Origin: Candidatus Iainarchaeum sp.
GTDB taxonomy: Archaea > Iainarchaeota > Iainarchaeia > Iainarchaeales > JAZDEL01
Reading direction: 5' to 3'
Assembly (NCBI GenBank): GCA_043808785.1
Contig: JAZDEL010000006.1
Location: 41,264-105,263 of the forward strand
Length of the DNA: 64,000 bases
A program made the position numbers and the translations under genes. Numbering within the stretch: position 1 is the first letter of the stretch; each line of letters starts with the position of its first letter. The notes beneath the pieces were generated by a model that had not been told where the DNA came from, searched no databases, and was given only the letters and a program-made list of their open reading frames with translations. Shown piece by piece: positions 1 through 8,839 of the stretch.

Positions 1-229
1 ACAAGGTCGGTTTTCAGGGCGCGGTTGTAATCGTTAAGGTTTCTGTCCATAATCCAGGCGCGCTTGTACTCCCTTTCTTTAATAAGTTCCATGAGCCGAT
101 TATAAATGCCCTTATCTTCCGCGTCTTTGAGGTAAGCCTCCCGCGCTTCGCGGTTATTCATTATGCGTTCATATCCATCATATGCTTTTGCAAGGTCTTC
201 TCTGTACTTAATGGCTGCCATCTCTTCCT
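1..229 (-). CDS. hypothetical protein, N-terminal part (gene runs off the window start)
   Basis: Open minus-strand frame from ATG at 229-227 (MAAIKYREDLAKAYDGYERIMNNREAREAYLKDAEDKG...) with no stop before position 1. It is absent from the ORF table, presumably because it has no stop in the window. Confidence 0.35.
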
Positions 230-604
230 CCCACTTTGGAGCAGTTATTCCACTCAGGTATGCCCTTACAGGTGGCGGCAACTTCGAGCGCAAGCTAAAC
301 TTTCCCAAGTCCACGTTCCGCGGCTTTGTCATGAATTTCCAGAATCTGGACCGCCGAAATCTCGGGCCAAGTTTCGGCTTTTTGCTGGCCTGCCGAACGT
401 TCCGGGCACCCCACGATGGCTTTTTCCTCATCACTGCCAACCACAAAAGTAATGTGTCGCTTGCAATATATATTGCTGCCGTTTTGCAGCCCAGGGGCGG
501 GAATGCGCCCCTTATGCCCGAACTTGGGTTGCCCGGGCAAAATGCAAAACCCGCAAAAAACTCACGAATTTAAGGCTGTTGTTGCAGTTTATATTAAAGA
601 GACT

Positions 605-2566
605 ATGGGTTCCGAAGAGGGAATAATCGCGGGCTTGGGCGCAAATCCTTCCGATGAGGAAATAATAGCGGGCTTCGGGGCAAAGGTCAGGGAGCACTAC
701 CCTAACCCGGACATCGGGCTGATAAGGCAGGCCTATTTCTTCGCAAAGGAGATATGCACAAACGGGAAGACCGAGGGGGGCAGGCCTTTCATAATGCACC
801 CGCTCGGCACTGCAGCCATAGTGGCCGAAATGGGCGGGGACGAGAAGGCTGTCGCAGCAGCACTGCTGCACAACACCTGGGATGCGCAGATGCACGATGC
901 CTGGGGATTGAACCTCACAGGCAGGGACATAGTTGAGCGGCGCTTTGGCTGCGAAGTTGTCGGGATTATCGACGAGGTGCTGAGGGAAAGCAAGGCTGAA
1001 CTCGGTTACAAGAACAGGCTTTCCCCTTCGCTTCAGGCAAAGCTGCTGATGGCTGCAATGAGGGACAAGAGAGGGTTCCTTGTTAAGATTGCGGCAAGGC
1101 TTGACGCATTGAGGGAAGCCGCAGGCTGGAACTTGGAAAAGCGGGGGGAAATTGCAAAGGAGGCGATTGGCGTCTTCGCCCCGATTGCGGAAAGGCTCGG
1201 CATCTACAGGATAAAGGATGAGTTCGAGGAACTGGGCTTTAAATACCTGCACCCGAACGAGTATGCCGAACTGGCGGGCAAAATGGAGTCAAGGCTTTCA
1301 AAGGAGGAGGCGTGGCTGCGCGAAGCCGGGGGGATATTGAGGAAAAAAATCTCGGACGCGCACATAGAGGCGGAGATAACCCACAGGGCAAAGACGCTTT
1401 ACAGCATCTACAGGAAAATGGAAAGGCGCGGCGTGGGGCTTGAGGGCATATACGACTTGCTCGGGCTAAGGGTAATAACCGGCAGCGTGAAGGACTGCTA
1501 TTATGTGCTCGGGCTTGTGCATGCGCAGTGGAGGCATATGGAGTCCGAGTTCAACGACTACATAGCGAAGCCGAAGCAGAACAACTACCGCGCGATACAC
1601 ACCACGATTATCGGGCCGGGAGGCGTGACAATAGAGGTGCAGATAAGGTCCGGGGACATGCACAGGATTGCGGAGCTCGGGGTTGCTGCCGACTGGAAAT
1701 ACGAGAAGGTCATAGGCGAGGAACGGTATGAAAAAAGGCTGCTCTGGCTCAAGCAACTGTTCGAGTGGGAGAGGCAGGCACAGAACCCGAGCACGGGGGG
1801 CTTTGAAATAAAGTACAAGGGCGACGTTATTGTTGCGCTGACCCCCGACGGCGCGCCTATAGAACTGCCGCGGGGCGCAACAGTGCTCGATTTCGCGTAT
1901 GCCGTGCACACCGATGTCGGGAACAGGTGCAGCGGGGCAAAGGTTAACGGCAAGATGGTTCCGCTCAGGCACGCCCTTGAAAACCTTGATGTTGTGGAGG
2001 CAATGACCTCGCAAAGGCAAAAGCCTGTGAGGGGCTGGCTGGGAATAGTGAAAAGCGAAAAGGCGAGAAAAAAGATAAGGGCTGCGCTGCATATGGAAAG
2101 CGCGGAAAAGCCGCGGAAGGGCGCTGCACTGAAACAGAAGGTTTCCATAGGCGCCCGCGGGCAGGGGATTAAGCTGGCGAAGTGCTGCAACCCTTTGCCG
2201 GGGGACGGGGTAATCGGCTACAGGACGGCAAAGCGCAAGATATCGGTGCACAGGGAAGGGTGTGCCGAAGCCAAAAAAATGGGGGCTGTGCTTAAGCCGG
2301 TTGAGGTGGAATGGGGCGCAAAAGAAGCCGGGGGCTACTCGGCAAACATGGCAATAACCGCCAGGGAGGGGGCAAACATCTCCTCGCCAATGGCCGAACT
2401 GCTTTCGAAGCACGGCATAAGGCAGTGCGCGGCAAGCCTTAAAACAGTCAACAACAAAATAGCGAACTACACTTTCACAATAGATGTGAACGACCTGAAG
2501 GCGCTCATGGGCATAATCAGGGAAGCGGGAAAAATAGACGGCGTGATTGAGGTTTCAAGGGCGTAG
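605..2566 (+). CDS. bifunctional (p)ppGpp synthetase/hydrolase, RelA/SpoT homolog (HD + synthetase + TGS + ACT)
   Basis: HD hydrolase motifs (HPLGTAAIVAEMGGD...ALLHNTWD), a nucleotidyltransferase/synthetase core (YRAIHTTIIGPGGVTIEVQIRSGDMHRIAELGVAADWKYE), a TGS-like segment and a C-terminal ACT-like segment. Start refined to Met64 of the ORF (ATG 605). Confidence 0.85.
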   Translation: MGSEEGIIAGLGANPSDEEIIAGFGAKVREHYPNPDIGLIRQAYFFAKEICTNGKTEGGRPFIMHPLGTAAIVAEMGGDEKAVAAALLHNTWDAQMHDAWGLNLTGRDIVERRFGCEVVGIIDEVLRESKAELGYKNRLSPSLQAKLLMAAMRDKRGFLVKIAARLDALREAAGWNLEKRGEIAKEAIGVFAPIAERLGIYRIKDEFEELGFKYLHPNEYAELAGKMESRLSKEEAWLREAGGILRKKISDAHIEAEITHRAKTLYSIYRKMERRGVGLEGIYDLLGLRVITGSVKDCYYVLGLVHAQWRHMESEFNDYIAKPKQNNYRAIHTTIIGPGGVTIEVQIRSGDMHRIAELGVAADWKYEKVIGEERYEKRLLWLKQLFEWERQAQNPSTGGFEIKYKGDVIVALTPDGAPIELPRGATVLDFAYAVHTDVGNRCSGAKVNGKMVPLRHALENLDVVEAMTSQRQKPVRGWLGIVKSEKARKKIRAALHMESAEKPRKGAALKQKVSIGARGQGIKLAKCCNPLPGDGVIGYRTAKRKISVHREGCAEAKKMGAVLKPVEVEWGAKEAGGYSANMAITAREGANISSPMAELLSKHGIRQCAASLKTVNNKIANYTFTIDVNDLKALMGIIREAGKIDGVIEVSRA

Positions 2567-2582
2567 CACTGGCGTGGCGGAA

Positions 2583-3713
2583 TTATTCCATGCGCAGCGC
2601 GTCCACAGGGTCCATTTTCGAGGCTGCATATGCGGGGTAAATTCCCGCAAAAATCCCCATGAAAAGGGCGAAGAGGAATGCCTCCGCTATGAGCACCGTC
2701 CCCACGACAGTTGTAAGGCCTGATAAGGAAGTGATTGCATTTGCAATGGCAATGCCTAAAATTATGCCCGCAATGCCGCCGAAAATTCCGAGGAGCGCTG
2801 ATTCGTAAAGGATCATTTTCATTACGTCATTGTTTGTCCACCCGACCGCCTTAAGCGCGCCTATTTCATTGAAGCGTTCCACAACACTCATCAGCATGGT
2901 GTTCAGTATGCCCACCCCCGCAACTATTGCCGCTATTGCGGCTACTGCGCCGACAAGCAGGCGCAGGCTGCCAAGCACGTCCCCTATCTGGCTCGAGAAA
3001 TCGCTCGCAGACCTTGCCTTGAGGTCGTCCCCGTACCTGAAATTTATTATTTCCGCTATCTTCTGGTCGTCCTCGGGGTTAGTGAGGCTGAGGCTGTACT
3101 GCGTGACCTTCCCCTGCGGCGCGTCAACAAGGTCCCTGAGGTCTGCGATAGGCATTATTATTGCCATATTGAGGATCGCCGAGCCTGTTTCGTAAACTCC
3201 CGCAATTTTGAAGCTCTTGCCGTTTATCTTTACATTGTTCCCGACAAATTTGTCGTTATCGTCGATAAATTGTTTTGAAACCATGATAACGCCCTTGTCC
3301 CCCGATTTGAGTTTCCTGCCGCTTACAAGCTCGCCTGAAAAGCCTGCTGCGCCCTCCATGCCGCCCTTGTCAAGGCCTATGCCTATGAGTTGTGCAGAGC
3401 CCCCTAAGATAGATGACGCGCCCTCTATGGACTTTGCAACAGAAACGAGTGTGGGGGTTACTTTCTCGACCCCGGTTATGGATTCGAGCTTTGCCTCATA
3501 TGAAGTGTCTATCTGGGAGAAGAGGCCTATCTGCCCCTTTTGGTAAACCACGACGCCCTGCATGTTGGAGAATGCGCCCTCAACCTCGGCAAGCATGCCG
3601 TCAACAACGGAAACCATGGCTATGATTGCGGCGACGCCTATGATTATGCCGAGCAGGGAAAGCACGGCCCTGCTGCGGTTCCTGAAAAGGTTTGAAACCG
3701 CGACCTTCAGCAT
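2583..3713 (-). CDS. ABC transporter permease, FtsX/MacB-like
   Basis: N-terminal TM helix, large periplasmic loop and C-terminal FtsX-like TM bundle. Paralog of 4417..5553. Confidence 0.8.
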   Translation of the reverse strand: MLKVAVSNLFRNRSRAVLSLLGIIIGVAAIIAMVSVVDGMLAEVEGAFSNMQGVVVYQKGQIGLFSQIDTSYEAKLESITGVEKVTPTLVSVAKSIEGASSILGGSAQLIGIGLDKGGMEGAAGFSGELVSGRKLKSGDKGVIMVSKQFIDDNDKFVGNNVKINGKSFKIAGVYETGSAILNMAIIMPIADLRDLVDAPQGKVTQYSLSLTNPEDDQKIAEIINFRYGDDLKARSASDFSSQIGDVLGSLRLLVGAVAAIAAIVAGVGILNTMLMSVVERFNEIGALKAVGWTNNDVMKMILYESALLGIFGGIAGIILGIAIANAITSLSGLTTVVGTVLIAEAFLFALFMGIFAGIYPAYAASKMDPVDALRME

Positions 3714-3725
3714 AAAACCCCCTGC

Positions 3726-4415
3726 TCAGGCCCTTGCGCGGCCGGGTTTTGTGCCCTCTATTTTCCCGTCGCGCATGTGGTACTGCACGCTGGCGAAGCG
3801 CAGGAGGCTTTCGTCGTGCGTGACTATGACGAATGTTTTTTTCTCGTCCTTGTTGAGGCGCCTCATTTCGCTGACTATTTTTCCGCCCGTAATTGAATCG
3901 AGATTGCCCGTGGGCTCGTCCGCAAAGATTATTTCCGGGTCGTTTATCAGCGCGCGTGCGATTGAAACGCGCTGCCGTTCCCCGCCAGACATTTCCGAGG
4001 GCTTGTGGAACATCCTGTCCTGCAGGCCCATCTGCCTGAGGAGCGATTTTGCCCGCCCCATGACCTTTTCCTGCGGCAGGTTCATCGGCTCGGTGGGAAT
4101 CATCACGTTTTCAAGCGCATTCAGGGTAGGAATAAGGTTGAATGCCTGGAATATGAAGCCTATTTTTTCGCGCCTTATCATTGCGAGGTGCCAGTCATCG
4201 AGCGCGGTTATGTTCTTGCCCCCTATATGCACGGTTCCTGATGTCGGATGGTCGAGCGCACCGAGGATGTGCATAAGCGTGCTCTTTCCCGAGCCGCTGG
4301 GCCCGACAATGATTACAAAATCGCCCTTCTTTACGTTGAGGGAGACGCCCCTTAGTGCGTGCACCGTGCTCCCGCCCATTTTGTATTCTTTGGTTATGCC
4401 GTTTGCCTCGATCAT
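3726..4415 (-). CDS. ABC transporter ATP-binding protein
   Basis: Walker A GPSGSGKST, ABC signature LSGGERQRVSIARAL, Walker B IIFADEPTGNLD. Start moved to the internal Met (ATG at 4415), which abuts the upstream permease stop. Confidence 0.85.
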   Translation of the reverse strand: MIEANGITKEYKMGGSTVHALRGVSLNVKKGDFVIIVGPSGSGKSTLMHILGALDHPTSGTVHIGGKNITALDDWHLAMIRREKIGFIFQAFNLIPTLNALENVMIPTEPMNLPQEKVMGRAKSLLRQMGLQDRMFHKPSEMSGGERQRVSIARALINDPEIIFADEPTGNLDSITGGKIVSEMRRLNKDEKKTFVIVTHDESLLRFASVQYHMRDGKIEGTKPGRARA

Positions 4416-4416
4416 T

Positions 4417-5553
4417 TTAACGCCCCCCGCTGATTGCGGCAACAGGGTCAAGTGATGACGCGCGGAATGCGGGGTAGATGCCCGCAAGCAGCCCTATAAT
4501 GAATGCAAAGCCGAAAGCCTGAAAAACCAATGGGGCGGTTATTGCGTAATTCAGGCCGAACGCCTGCTGGAGCGCGACATCAACGAGGAAACCAAGCACA
4601 AGCCCGAAAACTCCGCCGAGGCAGCCTAGGAAAACCGACTCATAAATTATCATGCGCATCACATCCTCGTTCCCCCACCCGACCGCCTTAAGCGCGCCGA
4701 TTTCTTTTGTGCGCTCCATTATGCTCATCAGGATCGTGTTTATTATTCCCACGCCCCCCACAATTGCGGAGATTGCCGCGATGAAAAAAACAAGAAGCCT
4801 GAAGTTGCCGAGAACGGAACCCATTTCATTCGAGAAGTCGGACGAGGTCATCGCCTCGAGGTCGTCCTTGTACTTGAAATTTATCGTGTTCGTGACCTCC
4901 TTGTCACGTGTGGGGTCGGTAAGGCCGAGGTAAAAGCTGCTAACCTTGCCCTCGGGGAAGCCGGAGAGGTCGCGCGCGTCATTTATGCTCATAACAATCA
5001 TGCTGCCCAGCATGCTCGAGCCGGCGCGGTATATGCCCCGTATCTTGAATTTTTTCCCGTCTATCTTGAAGGTGCTGCCGGGAAACTTGTCGTATTCGTC
5101 GGCAAGCTGCCTGCCGATAACCACATAGCCGTCCTCGCCGGGCTTGAGGAACTGGCCTTCCTCTATTTCCCCGACCCAGGGAACGCCGCCGAGAAGGAGA
5201 TAATCCCTTGCATCGAGGCCGTAAACAGCTGTGCTCATCATGCTGGTTACGGGACCGCCCTCTATGGTTGAAGGCAGCCCCCAGAGTTCGGGCATTGCCA
5301 GGCGCACGCCCCTGACGGATTCGAGTTCGTTCCCATAAGATTCGTCGACCTTTGAAAGCGTCTGGTCCATGGCGTCGCGCTCCATTACGTAAACGCCCTG
5401 GAACTGGCCTATGACGCTGTTCAGTTCCGCGTAAAGGCCGTCAACCATTGAAACAAGCACTATTATTGCGGCGACGCCTATGATTATGCCGAGCAGCGCA
5501 AGCGCGGTCCTGCTCTTTCTCCTGAAAAGATTTAGGAAGGATAACTTAATCAT
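4417..5553 (-). CDS. ABC transporter permease, FtsX/MacB-like
   Basis: Same architecture as 2583..3713. Confidence 0.8.
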   Translation of the reverse strand: MIKLSFLNLFRRKSRTALALLGIIIGVAAIIVLVSMVDGLYAELNSVIGQFQGVYVMERDAMDQTLSKVDESYGNELESVRGVRLAMPELWGLPSTIEGGPVTSMMSTAVYGLDARDYLLLGGVPWVGEIEEGQFLKPGEDGYVVIGRQLADEYDKFPGSTFKIDGKKFKIRGIYRAGSSMLGSMIVMSINDARDLSGFPEGKVSSFYLGLTDPTRDKEVTNTINFKYKDDLEAMTSSDFSNEMGSVLGNFRLLVFFIAAISAIVGGVGIINTILMSIMERTKEIGALKAVGWGNEDVMRMIIYESVFLGCLGGVFGLVLGFLVDVALQQAFGLNYAITAPLVFQAFGFAFIIGLLAGIYPAFRASSLDPVAAISGGR

Positions 5554-5565
5554 AAGTATTCGGGA

Positions 5566-6786
5566 TTAGGCCTTCCGCATTGCGAGCTGCCTAAAGACCA
5601 TTTTGATTATGAAGTACAGGAGTACAAGGATTACTATTATGAGAATCAGGAGCCCTATAGGGGATTCCGCGGGCTTCTGGTGCACATAAATCTCGAAATC
5701 CCGGGTTACTTGCTGCACGTTGTCAAGTTCGTCGCGGTAGGTTATTGTCACAGGCACGCTGTGCTTGCCTGTTTCCGCGGAAGGGTTTACTGTGAGGGTG
5801 AAAAGCCCCGACCCTGAGTCGTCCTCGTCTATGTTACCGACATAAGTCTCCAGTACGCCCTCTATGCTCTGGTCGGGGGCGAGGGAAATTTTAGTGGCTT
5901 TTGCGGTTTCCTCGCCTATGTTGTCCAGTTGCACCGAGAGCGTGAGGGTGTCGCCCAGCATTATGCGCTTGTCGTCGGTGCGGTACTCTATCGAAAAGTC
6001 GATCCCCGAAATTATGAGGTCCGGCTTGCCATATACATCGAAAGAAAATGCCTGCGTTGCGGTTGAGGGGCAGTCGAGGCAGTTTGCATCTATGTTGAAG
6101 ACATAGGTTTTAGGCGCCGCCTTGTCGGAAACCCTGAGTAGGAAATTTATTGTTTTGGACTCGCCCTGCGGTATGTTGCCTGGCTCGAGCACTGTGTCCG
6201 ACAGGGATATGAAAGGGTCGAGGGTGCTGTTTGTCTTCGGGATCAGCTTCACAGTTACGTCCCTTGCCTCGCCGGAGCAGTTGTTCGAGAGGTTCGCAGT
6301 TATGCGTAAGGTTTCGCCGATGTGCGGGGAATAGCTGTCAAGCATTACGTTTCCGACATCGAGGCCATAGCACTCCACCACAAGCAGGTTAACGTCGTAG
6401 CTCTGTTCGATGCGCTTGGTTCCGTTGAGGTATGAGAGATTAACCGAGAATTTGTAGGTTCCCGCGTATGCCTTTTCTTTTATTTTGAACCTGAAAACCG
6501 CGTTTTTGAGCGCGCCGGCATAAATCGTGCCGAGCTGCTCGGTTACGTGGATGGGCTCGAAATACGCCCCGCTCAGCATCAGTGTTGCGTTAACGTCGGT
6601 GGCTATGGAATTGCCGGAGGTGTTTTCCACCCTTACATTGAGGTTTACCGTGTCGCCCGCATAAACAGTTGCAGGGCTCTGGGAGAAGGTGCCGACCTTG
6701 AGGATTGTGTCGTATGTGCTGGAGTAGGCGGCAAATGCCGAGGGCAGCAGGATAAACGCAACCAGAAGAAAAACAATGCGCTTCAT
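5566..6786 (-). CDS. secreted cell-surface protein (S-layer-domain/CARDB-like, COG1361-type partner of the ABC operon)
   Basis: Signal peptide MKRIVFLLVAFILLPSAFA, beta-rich repeats, C-terminal TM anchor followed by basic residues. Position is typical of the archaeal surface-protein + ABC ATPase + permease operon. Confidence 0.6.
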   Translation of the reverse strand: MKRIVFLLVAFILLPSAFAAYSSTYDTILKVGTFSQSPATVYAGDTVNLNVRVENTSGNSIATDVNATLMLSGAYFEPIHVTEQLGTIYAGALKNAVFRFKIKEKAYAGTYKFSVNLSYLNGTKRIEQSYDVNLLVVECYGLDVGNVMLDSYSPHIGETLRITANLSNNCSGEARDVTVKLIPKTNSTLDPFISLSDTVLEPGNIPQGESKTINFLLRVSDKAAPKTYVFNIDANCLDCPSTATQAFSFDVYGKPDLIISGIDFSIEYRTDDKRIMLGDTLTLSVQLDNIGEETAKATKISLAPDQSIEGVLETYVGNIDEDDSGSGLFTLTVNPSAETGKHSVPVTITYRDELDNVQQVTRDFEIYVHQKPAESPIGLLILIIVILVLLYFIIKMVFRQLAMRKA

Positions 6787-6993
6787 AAGAACACCTAAAA
6801 TGCCCGCATTAATCAGCGGCACATAAAGTAAGTGAACGCAAGTAATTTAAATGTGGCGCTATTTTGCGCAGCAACGGCATGCTGTGCGCCGCAGGGAGCT
6901 TGCGGCAGTATGCATGCGCAATCGCGGGGGGTATGAAAGCTATAAATAGTAGTTTGCCTTACTGTTATTGTTTTATTTAAGGGGCGTGAAAAA

Positions 6994-7734
6994 ATGAAGC
7001 GTGTTGCAACAGGGGTTCCCGGGCTGGATGAACTGCTTGAGGGCGGATTTCCAGAGGGGAGGTCGGTGCTGCTTTCGGGGGCGTGCGGCACGGGAAAGAC
7101 CATACTTTCGATGCAGTATATATACAACGGCGCGAAGAAATTCTCCGAGCCCGGCGTGTATGTTACGCTTGACGAGAGACCTGATTTGATAAGGCAGGAC
7201 GTATTGAGGTTCGGTTGGGATTTGAGGAAGCTTGAGGATGAGAAGCTGCTGCACATCGTGGACGGGAGCATTGCAAAACTTGGGCTGCCGAGCGATGAGC
7301 AGTTCTCGATGCCTGCAACAGGCTTCGACCTCGACAAGCTGCTGCTCGAGATAATGAGGATTTGCAAGAGGATAGGGGCGAAAAGGGTTGTTGTTGACAG
7401 CATTCCCGCGCTTGGGTTCAATTTCGACGACCCCAACGAAATAAGGAAGGCAATACTGAAACTCAGTTACCTGCTTATGCGCACGGGCGTGACTTCAGTG
7501 CTTACTTCCGAGGTGCAGGAAGGGGAAAACAGGTTCGGAAAGTACGGAGTAGAGGAGTATGTTGTTGACGGAGTGATTGTGCTTTATTATGCGGGAATAG
7601 GGACGCAGAGCAACCGCACGCTGCACATAAGGAAGATGCGCGCGACAAACCATTCGGAGGACCTGCATCCGCTGAAGATAACAAACAAGGGGATGGTTGT
7701 ACACAAGATAGAGGAAGAATACAAGGAAACGTGA
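6994..7734 (+). CDS. KaiC-like / RecA-superfamily ATPase
   Basis: GVPGLDELLEGGFPEGRSVLLSGACGTGKT Walker A in KaiC/RadB-like context. Single domain, 246 aa. Confidence 0.75.
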   Translation: MKRVATGVPGLDELLEGGFPEGRSVLLSGACGTGKTILSMQYIYNGAKKFSEPGVYVTLDERPDLIRQDVLRFGWDLRKLEDEKLLHIVDGSIAKLGLPSDEQFSMPATGFDLDKLLLEIMRICKRIGAKRVVVDSIPALGFNFDDPNEIRKAILKLSYLLMRTGVTSVLTSEVQEGENRFGKYGVEEYVVDGVIVLYYAGIGTQSNRTLHIRKMRATNHSEDLHPLKITNKGMVVHKIEEEYKET

Positions 7735-7754
7735 ACCCGCCGGGCACGGGCGGC

Positions 7755-8816
7755 TCAGATTTCCCTTTTTACCAGGTAATCGGCAAATTCTTTCAGCCTT
7801 TGCTTTGCCGGGCTTTCTGAAAGCGAGGGTGCAAGTTCAGACCACGCTTCGGAAACAAGCCTTGCCGCGGTTTTTCTGGAATATTCCACGGAGCCGCAAT
7901 CGCCGATTATTTTTATCGCTTCCTTCACTTCCGCTTTCGTGTTTTTCCCGGAGTCGAGGATTACGGCGAGCCTTTTTGCCTGCTTTGGCGATGCGTGTTC
8001 AAGCGCATATATTGCGGGGAGGCTGCGCTTCCCTTCCCTGACATCCTCCCCGGTTTCCTTGCCCCAGCCCTTGTTCGGGAAAAGGTTCAGCACGTCGTCA
8101 CGTATCTGGAACGCCACGCCGAGCGTGGCTGCAAAATTGCCCAATGCAGTTACCTGCCTTTCCTGCGCATTGCCGAGTATCGCGCCGAGCTTTGCCGCGA
8201 ATGACGCAAGCGTGCCTGTTTTGTAAATGCACATCTGCAGGTATTGCTGTTCGGTTATTTTGCCGCCTTTTCCGCCGTGCCAGTAGATGTCCATTGCCTG
8301 GCCGAATGAAAGCCTGAGCATTTCCTCGGCATATGTGCCGTATATTTTTACACGCGTTTCGCAGCCGAGGTTTTTTGTGTTTCGGTAAAGCAGTATTGTC
8401 GGGAGGTAATAAAGGAGGTTTGCGTCGTTTATTGCGAGGTCCTCGCCGTAAATCTTGTGGGTGCACGGCCTGCCCCTGCGGAGTTCCGCATTATCCTCGA
8501 CATCGTCGACCATTATTGTGCCGTTGTGGAGGAGTTCCGGCAGGACAACGAATTCCCCTATTTCGTCGGGGTTTCCGCCCACGGCTTCGCAGCAGAGGAG
8601 CATGAGCGCGGGGCGCCATCGCTTCCCGCCCCTTGAAAGGAAATCCCATATCGGCTCCGCAACCGCGCTGTTGCAGGTTTTTTCATCGGAATAAAATTTT
8701 GGCGCGCCTAACGCGTGTTCCAGCCAGGCGCGCGTGAGTTTTTTTGGGAAAAACGATTCGAGGCGCGCCTCAACGGTTTTCGCGGTTGCACCCAGATATT
8801 CTTCAATGCTTTCCAT
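7755..8816 (-). CDS. idsA: polyprenyl (geranylgeranyl) diphosphate synthase
   Basis: Two aspartate-rich motifs, DDVEDNAELRRG and FQIRDDVLN; trans-isoprenyl diphosphate synthase fold. Confidence 0.85.
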   Translation of the reverse strand: MESIEEYLGATAKTVEARLESFFPKKLTRAWLEHALGAPKFYSDEKTCNSAVAEPIWDFLSRGGKRWRPALMLLCCEAVGGNPDEIGEFVVLPELLHNGTIMVDDVEDNAELRRGRPCTHKIYGEDLAINDANLLYYLPTILLYRNTKNLGCETRVKIYGTYAEEMLRLSFGQAMDIYWHGGKGGKITEQQYLQMCIYKTGTLASFAAKLGAILGNAQERQVTALGNFAATLGVAFQIRDDVLNLFPNKGWGKETGEDVREGKRSLPAIYALEHASPKQAKRLAVILDSGKNTKAEVKEAIKIIGDCGSVEYSRKTAARLVSEAWSELAPSLSESPAKQRLKEFADYLVKREI

Positions 8817-8839
8817 CCGCAGGTCACCTTTTCAACAGG

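Noticed and set aside
588-599. TTTATATTAAAG as the promoter TATA box of the RelA/SpoT gene.
   Set aside because: It is only 6-17 nt upstream of the chosen ATG, too close for an archaeal TATA-to-TSS distance. Either the true start is elsewhere or the box is incidental.
163-1252. ORFs 163..573 (+), 295..540 (-) and 512..1252 (-).
   Set aside because: They overlap the well-supported RelA/SpoT frame and are artefacts of GC-rich sequence.
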